Source of the DNA: Penicillus capitatus
Lineage: Eukaryota; Plantae; Chlorophyta
NCBI GenBank assembly: GCA_965649825.1
Contig: OZ287708.1
Span: forward strand, 267,411-331,410
DNA: 64,000 bases
Direction: 5' to 3'
The notes beneath the pieces were generated by a model, which was given only the letters and a program-made list of their open reading frames with translations, ran no database searches and was not told the origin of the DNA. The first letter of the stretch is position 1; each line of letters opens with the position of its first letter. Shown here in pieces: positions 22,518 through 33,684 of the stretch. A program made the position numbers and the translations under genes.

Positions 22518-23544
22518 GGCCGCCTCGGTTGCCGAGCGCGGCCTGCGGGTGGCGGCTGGGAACCGTGACCGTTTGGCGGCGCTGCATGCGCCGCCGGACA
22601 GAGAATCGGCCGCCAGACCTCTAGAAGCGCAGAGTACTGTCGTCGGGATGCGCGACGCGAAAGGGAGAGCGCTTCTGGCTGCTTAACGAAGTGTTTTACA
22701 GGAGAAATTTCTTACAGTTTGTCGGCATGTTCTGCCCTTAGTGTAACGCGCATGCGTTCTCTGCGGCTGTTCCGACGCGGATCTCCGAACGGCAAACCGC
22801 TCGGGTCAGCTCCGCGTTGCCTGGGCAGAGGAATGAGGCGGGCGTTCTCTTTCGCAGGAGCGGCACGGACTCTGCGTCTGGACGGCCGTCTGTTTCGGGC
22901 GTCTCCGCCGCAAACGCCGTCGACAGAGCGTTCTGCGCGGTGTAACGCGAGTCGGTTCGAGGAGTCACCGTTGGTCCTAACTCCCTCGAACATGGAAGGT
23001 AGAACTGAACGACGCCTCTCCGAGGACCAGACGGCCACGGAGTCGTTTTTTTCAGTTAATGCTCGTGCACAGCGCCGAGGGAGTGTTTTGGAAGCGCCGT
23101 TCGCTCCGATCAACGCAGTCGGTCGCGTTGTGCAGCTGCTGTGCAAGACTGCTGTTCTGTCTGCGAATCCGTAGATCGGACAGTTTCGAGGACAACCTGC
23201 GTGGTGGCGCTGTCGATCGCGGTAGAGGCCAGTCGCCATCCAATGTCATCGCCATCTTTATTTCCGGCGTATTCCACAGTGCAGAGCGCACCAAAGTGGT
23301 GAATTGCCATTGGAAAGGGATAGTTCTGCTGCATCCTCATTGGAATTGTCCATACCGTTCCGTTTCAGTGTCTGGTGAGTTCTAATGTTATGAGGGCTAT
23401 GATAGAGAGCGTCTGTTTTCTGTTCGGGGACCACTTGTCGAAAATCTCTGTAATGAAAGACGAATAACTACCGCCGAGTGTTCTATGCGCCATCTCTTCA
23501 CACAATGTCCCTTGTGACTGTGCCGTGATTTCTTTGACGCACAG

Positions 23545-24413
23545 ACTTTGACGAAAGATAAATTTGCCGCGCTGCAGAAATCAAACAACAACGGACCGAA
23601 CTCTTTCCTCCATGCCATCCTTTCCGACCAATATGTCTACCATACAATGCATACCATACACAGAATGGAATCAAGGATCGCAGGCCGGAGAGGAAGTGCA
23701 GTTGTTCAGTCTGTTTCTGAACAATGTGCGCGTATCGTTAACATACGTGACAAAGCTACAGTCTGAACTTCGAGGCGCATATCACAGACGCGTTTCGGAT
23801 CTCGAACGAAAGAGAAATCGCATCTTCGCTTTTGGTCGCGTTTCGAGAACAAGAGCATCGACATTTGGAACGAGAAGAGTGTGAATCGGCAGATGATCTG
23901 CAACGATGGTCAGAGGCCTTGAGCGTCTGCTTTCTGCCAAGAGTGGCCATCTTAGCGACGCTATGGTGGCAAAGCTCATGCCAGTGTGGCAAGAGATCGC
24001 AAGCACTGACTGTCGACTCAATGAGACGACGTTCGAGCAGCTCGCCGACAGCGAGACCTGCGCCCGTCGCATTGTCGCCACTGTTCGCAGCTTGTCGGCA
24101 GCTCTCGAGGCGGTGTTCGTCCCTGACAACCACTTGGAGGTCACGCGCTCGCTTCTTTAGAAAGAGAAGAGACTCTATTGCTTTGTGCAGATCCTGAATC
24201 TCGTGCTGCAGTCCTCTGTCTCCAGATGCGAAGCTTACTTCATGCAGAAGACGTTTAACAGTAAGGAGGCCTGCAGTTCGACAGAGACATCCGACTGCTA
24301 CTTTCGCACTTCTCCGCGATCTATCAGAGTCTGTTCGAGAGAGATTCGCGCGTCTGACGCAGATGGCTACCATTTTGTGTTTTGAGAGCGTGGAGGAGAC
24401 GTTGGATAGATGA
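23545..24413 (+). pseudogene. COG4: COG4 C-terminal fragment, frameshifted
   Basis: Pieces LFLNNVRVS, MQKTFN, GGLQFDRDIRLLLSHFS and VRERFARLTQMATIL match the COG4 C-terminus but lie in different frames (shifts near 24260 and 24328). The N-terminal part is absent. Confidence 0.75.
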
Positions 24414-24616
24414 GAACCGTTTTTGTGTTTCTTAATCTCTCACACATTCCACTTGAAACCACTGCCACTTGCACATAGACTTCCAGCAAGGTCCAATCCT
24501 TTACAAACAATGGTACACAGTCAGAATTCATTGTTGATGCGCAAAAAAGAAGATAAAGGAGAGATTAAAATTCCGATCTGCCGCTATCTGTTCGCTGTAC
24601 GGCAATAGGTTTCTTC

Positions 24617-25995
24617 ATGTTGTCTCCGTCCTTACCACCAGCTTCACAGCTTTGTCACCGTGTCTGGCGTCCTGTGACACACAGATGGACTGTCCGTTGT
24701 CCAAAGACCTCGTTTCAGGAGTCGAGTGCGTACGACGAGCTCGTGCGTCTGGCCGTGGCAGCCGATCCTTCACTAACTTCTCTAGCAAAACGGCACGTGA
24801 AGAAGAAATCACCACGGCACTTGATGCTCGGGCCGGACCCTGATGCCTCTCCCGTCAAAAACAAACCGCCATGGTTGCGGCAACGCGGGGCTCAAGGAAC
24901 GAAATACCACGATCTGAAGGAACAACTGTCTCAGTTGAATCTCGCGACTGTCTGCCAAGAGGCACAGTGTCCCAATATCGGCGAATGCTGGAATGGCGAC
25001 ACGGGCACTGCCACGATCATGATCATGGGTCCGTCGAATACCACCGCCGTATCCATTCCACCGTGGAAACGCAGGGGACACCTGCACACGTGGCTGTCGA
25101 TTCTGTGCTGTGAACACCTCCCAACGGCCTGCCCCTCTTGATCCGACGGAACCTGAAAAGACAGCAGAGGTCGTGATTGTCGATCGATGAAGGCAGCAAT
25201 GGTGTGCATGACTTAGGCTGTTGCATCGTGGGGTGTGGGCTACATCGTGCTGACATCTGTGGATCGAGATGATTTGGAAGACGGTGGCGGTTCCCATTTT
25301 GGCCAAACAGTGGAAAAGATCAAGGAACGCCGACCAGATATCTTTGTCGAATGCCTGACGCCAGATTTCGCTGGAAATCTGGATGTCGTGCGCGATCTTG
25401 CCACGTCTGGATTAGATGTCTTTGCACACAACATCGAGACCGTCGAGAGATTGCAGGTGTTTCTAACAACGATCCATCTCGCTAAGCATCGCTCCATCAG
25501 ATATGTCTTTTCAGAGACGTGTGCGCGACCCCCGTGCAAACTACTTTCAGTCACTGGCTGTCTTGAAAAAAGCCAGGGAGTGCGGTGTGGTCACAAAGTC
25601 GTCTATCATGTTAGGGGTGGGTGAGACCGATGAAGAAATCATCGATACGATGTTGGATCTTCGAGACAACGGTGTGGAGATTCTCACACTGGGTCAGTAT
25701 CTTCAAGTATATGTCCTTTTCCACTGCTTGCCCTCTTTCACGTTGTCTGCGGTAGCCAACGGAGCGACATCTTCCTGTCCATCGATTTGTCACACCGGAT
25801 GCCTTTCAGCATTGGAAGACGTTTGGCGAACAGAGAGTTGGATTCAAGTCAGAGATCTACTGTCACAATGAGTGAGAAAGTGTGATGGTTGTGGTCAGGT
25901 ATGTTGCTTCAGGTCCGTTGATTCGATCCTCCTATCGTGCGGGCGAGGTCTTCATCGAATCCATCCTCAGGCAGAAACGGTTGCGAGATGCGTAA
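24617..25995 (+). CDS. LIAS: Lipoyl synthase (radical SAM), spliced
   Basis: Motifs [73 protein letters not shown] and [16 protein letters not shown]. Confidence 0.95.
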
Positions 25996-26826
25996 CGCAT
26001 TCCTGTCGCTTCGGGGTTGTCATAACGAATCGCTGTGTACGAGCGCGCACGCGTTCATCGTCGTCGCGCAGGTCGAGAGACGACAACGAAAACAAAGAGT
26101 TCATATTCATCGGTCGTCCTTGTATAAATTAGCGTGTCTTGTCTTTCAAGCAAAAGATGGAGTGGTGGCGAACTCCTTTATTCGCGGTCGTCTGACAACG
26201 CAGCCGTCCGCGTCAATATCTTCCACACAATTCGCAGTAAGCAACGTCATTAACAGTGCGTTATCCGATAGTTATTAAAAAGAGATCCGTGTCAGAACAG
26301 GTTCACTCTGAAGCTATCTGCAGGGACTGCGTACGGACCAGCGAGAGATCTTGTCCATATCCAGAAAGATAGCGAGCAGAGGGGATGAATGGCAACATGC
26401 GTTATTCAAAGCAAAACTCGAAGCAGATGAATTATTTATGCTCAAAACGAAGAAGAGCATCTTAGAGATGGATGCTGGCAATGGTGGATTCATCTTGAGA
26501 GAGAAGTTTATGAATAAAGGCTTCTCCTCTTCTTACATCCGTGGTCCTGTCATTCTTTCGACTTATGTACAACGAGATCGACAAGAATGCTAATATGCCA
26601 GTCGTGGAAAAAAGCATTTGTCACAACACAGGCGACGACATGGCAGAGAACGTGCGATCTATCAAGAGAACTCGATGCTTTGACGGCATCCACGATACAG
26701 ACGCCAAAATTATTAGAATAGAAAGCATCACATCCTTGAGGTCGCTCTAAGAAGGGTGCTGGAATAAAATAAGGGCTTTGCTTAGATCTTAGCTAAGACG
26801 CCTGGCCGATTGCTGTGTGGTGCCAA

Positions 26827-28122
26827 TCACACCTGTGTCTCTTCTGTCATGGTAGGGATGGCTGTGGTGTATCGGAGACGACGACCCAAGGAATATGGAC
26901 CAGACGCCGCCGTGTCATCACACACCACACCATCTTGAATGCGGGCGGCGAATCCGCCGTCCTGAGAGTACATATAAGAGCACTTTGGACTGGCACATCC
27001 TGCAGCTTCAGGGCCTGACAGCAAAGAAGATGCACGGCAGGAGAGGAAGGCATAGATTTTACCAGGCATTCTCATGACGAGTTCTCTTTTTGAATTCAGG
27101 GCATCGACGAAGGAATTGCTGAGGGATCCATCAAAACTGAACTCTGAGCTATCCAGTTGCAGCACTTGGATATATCCCTCTTTGTTAAAAATCGTCACAT
27201 AGATCATCTCCTTTCCGATTGGACGCTCAAACTTGTATGCTGTTTGGTCGCTATAGGCGCCCTTGAACGAATAGATGGATGTCTCGACCTCAGACTTGCG
27301 GTTCTGTTCAGTAACTACTTCCGCAATGTCCAGTTCACCGCATCCACCTGGACTGCCGACGCCGCGACAGTTGCAGAGGTCTGGAAAATGGTAATTCGCG
27401 GTTCTCAGTACACTGGCGTGAAGATACCACAGGGCAGGGGAATTGTGAATGTTTCCTTGCGTGTATCTCAGCTTCACGGCGAACATTTTGGAACCGCCAG
27501 GTCCATCCCAGCCTTTGTGACCCAGACCCCGATAGAATCCGCAGCCCCCGGATTCGCATGTTGCTTTTTGCATGATATTGACTTCGACCGTATCTTCCAG
27601 CTTCCCACCAAAATGTTTGATCGTCTTGCTAGCGCATTTGCCATCTGGCGATATGTACGACGTGTTGAAGCCATGACACATAAAGTCATCACCATTGACG
27701 ATCATCGCAGCGTGTTCCCCAGGCATTGAATGGCAGGATGATTCATCGACTGAATGACCATCCGTCGATCTCCCATAGTTACCCATGAACACAATGTTGT
27801 CCATGACACCAGCTTGATTGTAATAGGAGACTCGATTCCATGAAGCACCACCTGGATAGTAGACACCGACCTCCATGATATCCATAGGACCACGGAGCTT
27901 CAGCGTCTGCTCTTCGTCGAAAGGCGCAAGGCAGCCTGTCACTTGTTTTTGTCTTCGAATGCACTGAGGATGAAGACCGGAGCCGCAAGGCATGCTCACG
28001 ATTTCATCGTATGTTCCCGAGCCGCCAACGCCAATGATGGTCTTGGTCCTGACAGGAACAGCAGCGCGGAGGACGCCGACGGAGCACGCGAGAAAGAGAA
28101 GAAAAAATGCCGTGCGGACCAC
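26827..28122 (-). CDS. Secreted TOS1/YJL171C-like (GH16-related) putative glycosyl hydrolase; start and 3' exon uncertain
   Basis: Hydrophobic N-terminus, PALWYLHASVLRTANY, CNC...GCGELDIAEV (ExDxxE motif) and IYVTIF, resembling the TOS1 family. Confidence 0.7.
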   Translation of the reverse strand: MVRTAFFLLFLACSVGVLRAAVPVRTKTIIGVGGSGTYDEIVSMPCGSGLHPQCIRRQKQVTGCLAPFDEEQTLKLRGPMDIMEVGVYYPGGASWNRVSYYNQAGVMDNIVFMGNYGRSTDGHSVDESSCHSMPGEHAAMIVNGDDFMCHGFNTSYISPDGKCASKTIKHFGGKLEDTVEVNIMQKATCESGGCGFYRGLGHKGWDGPGGSKMFAVKLRYTQGNIHNSPALWYLHASVLRTANYHFPDLCNCRGVGSPGGCGELDIAEVVTEQNRKSEVETSIYSFKGAYSDQTAYKFERPIGKEMIYVTIFNKEGYIQVLQLDSSEFSFDGSLSNSFVDALNSKRELVMRMPGKIYAFLSCRASSLLSGPEAAGCASPKCSYMYSQDGGFAARIQDGVVCDDTAASGPYSLGRRLRYTTAIPTMTEETQV

Positions 28123-28890
28123 TAATGCACAGCAGAGACGTCTTAACGACAGACGCGATTGTTTGCGAAGGGCTTACTTCTGTCTAACTTGAAGCGCGGG
28201 ACGAATTCTTGACAACTCGCGTGTCAGACGGTAGGAACACGTTACTGCGCTGTGGAGTTCTGGCTGAAAATGTGGTAAATGTTCTTAAGTACTCAGGCGG
28301 TTAGCGGCAATCGCTTTGATAGACATGAATTCTCGCGCCGCGTCTGTGCGGCGATCGAATTTTCGATCGCGTTTCTTCAGCCGCTTCGAAATTACATGGA
28401 AGATTCACATCGTCTTCAAATTCTGCAACGCTTTGCTAGTTTTCTTCGCTTCTCGATGCGTTATACAACATAAATGGTGAGAAACATTACCAACGAAGGA
28501 CGCAAACGCAGAAACGAACGAATCCCAACAGAAATCCCTTAACGCAAAAGTTGCCCGTGGAATAATACCCAGCGCATAAATATCGCAGGGATGAAAAAAC
28601 GCACCCAACCAACCAACAATATATAAATGGAAGATCTGAATCCCACTGCAGACGAAACAAGCAGTAACAGCTGCTTCACCACAGATAATTTTGACGCTCC
28701 GGCAGTTCACGCAGACATCAAAGCCGACCATAAAATTGAGAGCATGCATCTTCGTCACCACTCAAATATCGTCGTCAGTTGTTTCTTTTACGCTCTTGGT
28801 TGACTTGTTCATACGTATGTCAAATTCGACCATATCTTGCACTAGCATACCAACTTCGCTCTACACAACCAACCAGACACACACGTCAGA

Positions 28891-30183
28891 TCACTTGACA
28901 GGGCTGTGATGCATCGATGGTGTTACAGATCTGTGAACGGAGTAAGGAAGTAATGAATCGTTGGTATTGTCTGCTGCGTCCATCCGCATTTCTGTGGGCA
29001 AATCAGCGACGCTCATATGTCCTTCGTAACCCGTCATCTCCAATCCTTGTGCTAGATACTGTCCGTGGGCTAAATGACTGCTCTTGATCTGATTCAGTCT
29101 CCGCGATTCTCTCTGTAGCGCAAGGGATTCGTTTTCTATATGCAGATTGCGGCCCCTGTTTTGCTCTTTTCCGTTTCGTCTCTCGAGTCTCTGTTCTAGA
29201 CTCGTTCGACGTTCGCGTTTCTTGCCAGTAATGTCTGTCATCTCTTCTTCCACCTCTGGAACATGATTCAGATACTTTTCTAACCCGTCAGAAAATGGAT
29301 CCTCGTGCGCCCAAAATCCATCGGACATCAATCCGGTTGTAGGCACGACCTCTTCCTTCACAGGGAGCAATCCTGAATCCAGCGCATCCAGCTGACCAAC
29401 ATCGGTGAAGAACTTGCCAAAATCCATACTAAAATCCGAATCCAGTCCCACTTGAGCCATAGCCATCGTCGGCAGTTCCCCATGATTACCATAAATCAAA
29501 CTGTCAACAGAGTCCAACTCAGGTGTCAGGTCCTGGTGAAGCAGTCCTCCTGTCTGCGGTCTTTGAACGGGAAGAAAGAACTGATCAAAATCCAGAGCCA
29601 TCCAGGAGACCGGGACTCCCAAAACCGTAGACGTACTGTCTGGTCTTCCCATTCTACAACACCGTGAAACCCATCACCACAACAGCGACAGAATTTCGGC
29701 GTACTCCATGGGGATATCACGTTCAGAAGGTGCGGTGATTGAAGTGGATGTGGATGTGGAGGTGGCTGTCGGAGCTGTACAGCCTGCACGTTTCCTTCCC
29801 TGCCGACAACAGCACATCGCCCCCGCTCACGCTCTTCGGTCTTGTCGCACTTTCAAAGCTCGTCGTTTATCCTGTTGCGATGCGGCGTGCTTTCCTGCTG
29901 CGCAACCGACGTGGTGTCGACCTGGTTTTAGCTCCGCGCCGCATTTTGGACACGAACTGAGCTCAGCGCCGTGACCGCGTTCTTTGCCACTTCCCCTGAC
30001 ATCGGGAGCGGCTCGGTAATGCACCTTAAGGCGCCATAACTCCGCGAAGCTGCGATTGCATCCGGGGTAAGGACAGTAAAACCGATTTGGATCCTTCTTG
30101 GCAGGAGGACCTTTAGTTCCTGCTCGTCTATGTTCTGCAGGTGTTGAATCGACGGTCGATGATGATGCACCGGTAAAAAGCAT
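28891..30183 (-). CDS. C2H2-like zinc-finger protein with acidic/basic C-terminal region (spliced)
   Basis: CPYPGCNRSFAELWRLKVHY...GHG...CPKCG...HHVGC in 29827-30183; 253-aa ORF 28891-29652 on the same strand downstream. Confidence 0.65.
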
Positions 30184-30260
30184 GTCACCGAGTCACCGCG
30201 AAAAGACGAAATTCGGAAGAATGCCTTTTAAACGTCCTAAACGCTACAATTACGCCAACC

Positions 30261-32927
30261 GTGCTTATCCCCCACCCACCCTATACCGCAGCTATGTGGC
30301 TCCTGCAACTTGTGGAGACTATCAACGAGGCAGAGAACGATATAGAGCTCCTGGAAATCCTCCAGTCGACTTACTCACGTTATGTACAGCAAACGGCCGC
30401 CAATAAAGACAACGAAGCGACGGGGAAGAATCGTACAATCTCCGTTACGTCCTCTCTGTGCAGTCGAAAAGAGTTTCTGCGAGGATACCTGCGTCCGTAT
30501 GGTCTATTTCCACAAACCGTACTGACCTTGTCGTACGATCGCGAAAACGGAAAGCAGAATGAGGAATTGCAGAGGTTCGTAGACAGATTCTTTCTGGACG
30601 TTCATCCCATCTACGCCGTGGACGCTCTGACGACGTACTTGGCTCAATCTTCCCGCCAGAACGCAACAACGGCCTGTCACATCAGTCACTTGCTAAACAG
30701 AATCCTTCTGGCGGATTTCGACCGTGAATGTGTATGGTTATGGGATGCCGAGATCTGGAAGGAGATATTTCCAGACAAGTCATGGGAGCAATGTTGTGAT
30801 TGGATGACAGGATGGTTTGTCACACTGATGGAGATGACACCGAGCAGAGATCAGGACTGCTCTGCAGGTTTTGATTTCTCCCACATGGTCCCGAGAATCG
30901 TCGAGGCACTGATGAAGGAAAAGGATGACGATGTGCAAGATGCCGAGAAGCTCCGAAAGCTGCAGCTGTTGGGTAGTTGTCTCAGACGGCTCCTCAACCG
31001 TGCTCACGGACTTCCCTGGATGGCGGCTGTGTTGGAACAGAGCCAGACACTTATGTATGCCACAGTGTCCCTCTCTCAACTCGTGCAATATGTTCGGGAC
31101 CTGCATGCCAAAGAGAAGTTTTTTCAGAAATTGCTTCTCCTGTTGTCGGAGGATTTCGAGGAAGAGACAGCTCTCAGACTTCTGTCCTGTTTTGTGGCAG
31201 CCTCGAACAAAACAGAGAGAATTGCAGACGATGTTTACTACATTCTATTCCGTCGATTCTTGATCAAAGAAGAGTTGTCACGTAAAGTGGCCCGATGGAT
31301 CATTTCTGTCTTGGCAGGCGAAGAAGACAGACTCATGGAGATAGCACAGCAGGTGGCAAGACTCTGGGCAGACCCCAAAGCAATTGATCATCTACCTTTG
31401 CCTCGTCAGGCTTATCTTACCTTCCTCTTAACTTGTTTACTGGAACGTCTTCCTGGAGTCTTTGCCGAGGTCGGAGACAGTACGCTCTGCCGTTCTTTGC
31501 TAGACGGCGTTTCAAATCGTCTCGAAAACTGCATCGAGACGGTACGCTGCCAAGGAATGCGAGTCGCCCATGCTATGGCTGCTCGACAGCCCAATACAGA
31601 GCCCGTCTTTTCACATGTGAAGTTGGATTTCCAGTCGCTGCGAAGAGAAGAAGAGTGGGAGGCGAGATCTGAGAAAGCAGTTCAGATTTCCTCCGACTCT
31701 CCGACAGAAGAGGTGGTGGATAGCGACGATGCATCAGACTTTAGTGGCTTTTCAGACGAAGACGACCCTTTGGAGCAGCCGAATCTCTCAGAAACAGACG
31801 CTGTCTTGATGGGCAAGGAACATCCGATCACACTCATGGAATTGCATCAAGATCTCAAGAGATCTGAAGAACCTCTGAAAGTCATCACTGCCTTGAAGCA
31901 CCTGTCCGTTCTCATCAAAGAGTGTCCCTCGGAGTTACCTGGTTTGGCAGCAGAACTAAGTCGAACAGTGGTTCATGTCCCGTTGCCTGATTGGATTGGC
32001 GAGGAATTGAGAAAGGACGATGCCTGTGCTCTGAAGGGATTAAAGTCATCCAGCGCTGTCCGTGTCTGCTGTCTCGCACTGCTCCTGGAAGCAGCGCCAA
32101 TACATTGTGGAGATTCCATTGCCATGATGATTTGCTCTAAACAAGTTGCAGAACATCAACGCCTTGAGATCTTGGAGGCATTAAGAGAAGCTGCCAAGAA
32201 GCTATCAGCCCCTCCACAAGTGTCAGCGATCGACGTAGATTCCCCAGAGGTGATCGGAAAATCACGCACGTGGGGTGTTCGTTCGATTGCCGCAAGAAAG
32301 AAGAGCCTACAAGTCTGGAGGAATCAATACGTTGACGTGGCTGGACTGTGGATCTCTTCTTTGCTGCTCGCCTGTAAACGTGTGACACACGGATTCAATA
32401 TCATGGAACGCAGTCCCATGGTTCTGGGCGCTGTTCTCATCACCCTTGCCACCTTTGCAGAATGCGCATCACAGTCGATTGTGTCCACATCGTTGGCCTT
32501 ATCGGCATTTCCTCTGATTCGATTCGTTGCCGAGCAAAAAGGAGAGAACTGTTACTTGAGACGGTGCAGTTTGCAAGCAATGACAGCCATGATGCAGTCC
32601 TTACCCATTGGCCGCCTCTCTGTGATCCTCTGCGAGGCAAATCTGACAGAGATCGACGATGAAACAGACAGAGCTTTGAGAAACATGGTTGTATGGATCC
32701 GAACACAAGGAGAGCGCATTCTCAAGTCAGATCAAGACGAAACCTGCAAACACTTGGCAGCACATTGTATACGTGTCTGTGCCCATGCCTCGAAGGCAGC
32801 CCTGGAATTGAAAGACAAGGAAGATCGTCCAGCTCTTCACCCTCAAAAGATTCACTATCGCATTCCAGAAAGACAACCCGTTCTTCCATCCGACAAGAGG
32901 GAGGCCTCTTCATTTGAACTTGAATAG
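30261..32927 (+). CDS. TELO2: TEL2/TELO2 (TTT complex); exact start uncertain
   Basis: 888-aa ORF with LLDGVSNRLE...VRCQGMRVA, an acidic DxxDDD segment and the Tel2-type helical block PITLMEL...ELPGLAAELSRTVVHV. Confidence 0.8.
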   Translation: MLIPHPPYTAAMWLLQLVETINEAENDIELLEILQSTYSRYVQQTAANKDNEATGKNRTISVTSSLCSRKEFLRGYLRPYGLFPQTVLTLSYDRENGKQNEELQRFVDRFFLDVHPIYAVDALTTYLAQSSRQNATTACHISHLLNRILLADFDRECVWLWDAEIWKEIFPDKSWEQCCDWMTGWFVTLMEMTPSRDQDCSAGFDFSHMVPRIVEALMKEKDDDVQDAEKLRKLQLLGSCLRRLLNRAHGLPWMAAVLEQSQTLMYATVSLSQLVQYVRDLHAKEKFFQKLLLLLSEDFEEETALRLLSCFVAASNKTERIADDVYYILFRRFLIKEELSRKVARWIISVLAGEEDRLMEIAQQVARLWADPKAIDHLPLPRQAYLTFLLTCLLERLPGVFAEVGDSTLCRSLLDGVSNRLENCIETVRCQGMRVAHAMAARQPNTEPVFSHVKLDFQSLRREEEWEARSEKAVQISSDSPTEEVVDSDDASDFSGFSDEDDPLEQPNLSETDAVLMGKEHPITLMELHQDLKRSEEPLKVITALKHLSVLIKECPSELPGLAAELSRTVVHVPLPDWIGEELRKDDACALKGLKSSSAVRVCCLALLLEAAPIHCGDSIAMMICSKQVAEHQRLEILEALREAAKKLSAPPQVSAIDVDSPEVIGKSRTWGVRSIAARKKSLQVWRNQYVDVAGLWISSLLLACKRVTHGFNIMERSPMVLGAVLITLATFAECASQSIVSTSLALSAFPLIRFVAEQKGENCYLRRCSLQAMTAMMQSLPIGRLSVILCEANLTEIDDETDRALRNMVVWIRTQGERILKSDQDETCKHLAAHCIRVCAHASKAALELKDKEDRPALHPQKIHYRIPERQPVLPSDKREASSFELE

Positions 32928-32931
32928 GAGA

Positions 32932-33599
32932 TCAGTCCATTCTGCCTCTTAGAGACTTGGCGTAGGTTTTGTCTTTTGTAATGATGTACACCATTGCTCC
33001 CCATCCTGACAAGGCATCTCTGTCCAATCCAGCTAGCATGCATTTGGCTGTGATCTCAAAGAGCTCCTCTGCCTCCAAATCTGGACGCCAGAGAGATTCA
33101 CAGATTCCCATAAGTGCTTCCGGCATAGTGCCTACATATCCATAACACGCTCCAAATGATAGAGGGCGACGTTTGAAGAGGCACCAGAACAGACGAAATC
33201 TTTTGCCAATTCCTGGGCACCAATGCTATCCATGGATGACAGATAAGGTGTTCCATCTGGCTCCAATCCAGCAATGACAGGTGAAACGAAGTAAGATCCA
33301 AAACGCTTTTCGTAAAGGATAGAGGAGACGAAGTTTGCAAAGGTGGTGGGACGCATGTTTCGTTCCTCTCTGAGTCTGTAGAGGTTGTGGCGAAACCTGA
33401 AGAGGTTGGTCAAGGTCTGGGCGTCTGTTCCTAGTCCCGCCAGTCCGATATAGAGCTGATCGTGTATTCGGTGCACTTTCTTGTAGTCGGTCGAAATTGT
33501 CTGACGTTGCACGCCGAAACGCAGATCGCAGCCGATGGCGACGCATTCTTTTCCAGCCATGGCAATGATGGCTGCTCCATTGTATTCAAAAATCGACAT
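32932..33599 (-). CDS. PSMB3: 20S proteasome subunit beta-3
   Basis: MSIFEYNGAAIIAMAGKECVAIGCDLRFG...YEKRFGSYF...MDSIGA...ESLWRPDL...DRDALSGWG...LRGRMD; one intron. Confidence 0.96.
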
Positions 33600-33684
33600 G
33601 TCTTTGTAGCAGAGTGAATACCGCAAACGCAAAGTTGTTTGTCTAACGACGCCTTCCGAAGATGAGTAAATTATACGATAACGT

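Larger units (their letters stand above)
16557..23490. repeat. Module copy R3 (~6.9 kb)
   Basis: Colinear with R2. Similarity to R1 and R2 ends abruptly after CCGCCGAGTGTTCT (~23485). Confidence 0.9.

Noticed and set aside
26351-26750. Possible methyltransferase-like fragment (ILEMDAGNGG)
   Set aside because: Only a loose resemblance to SAM motif I, with no downstream motifs.
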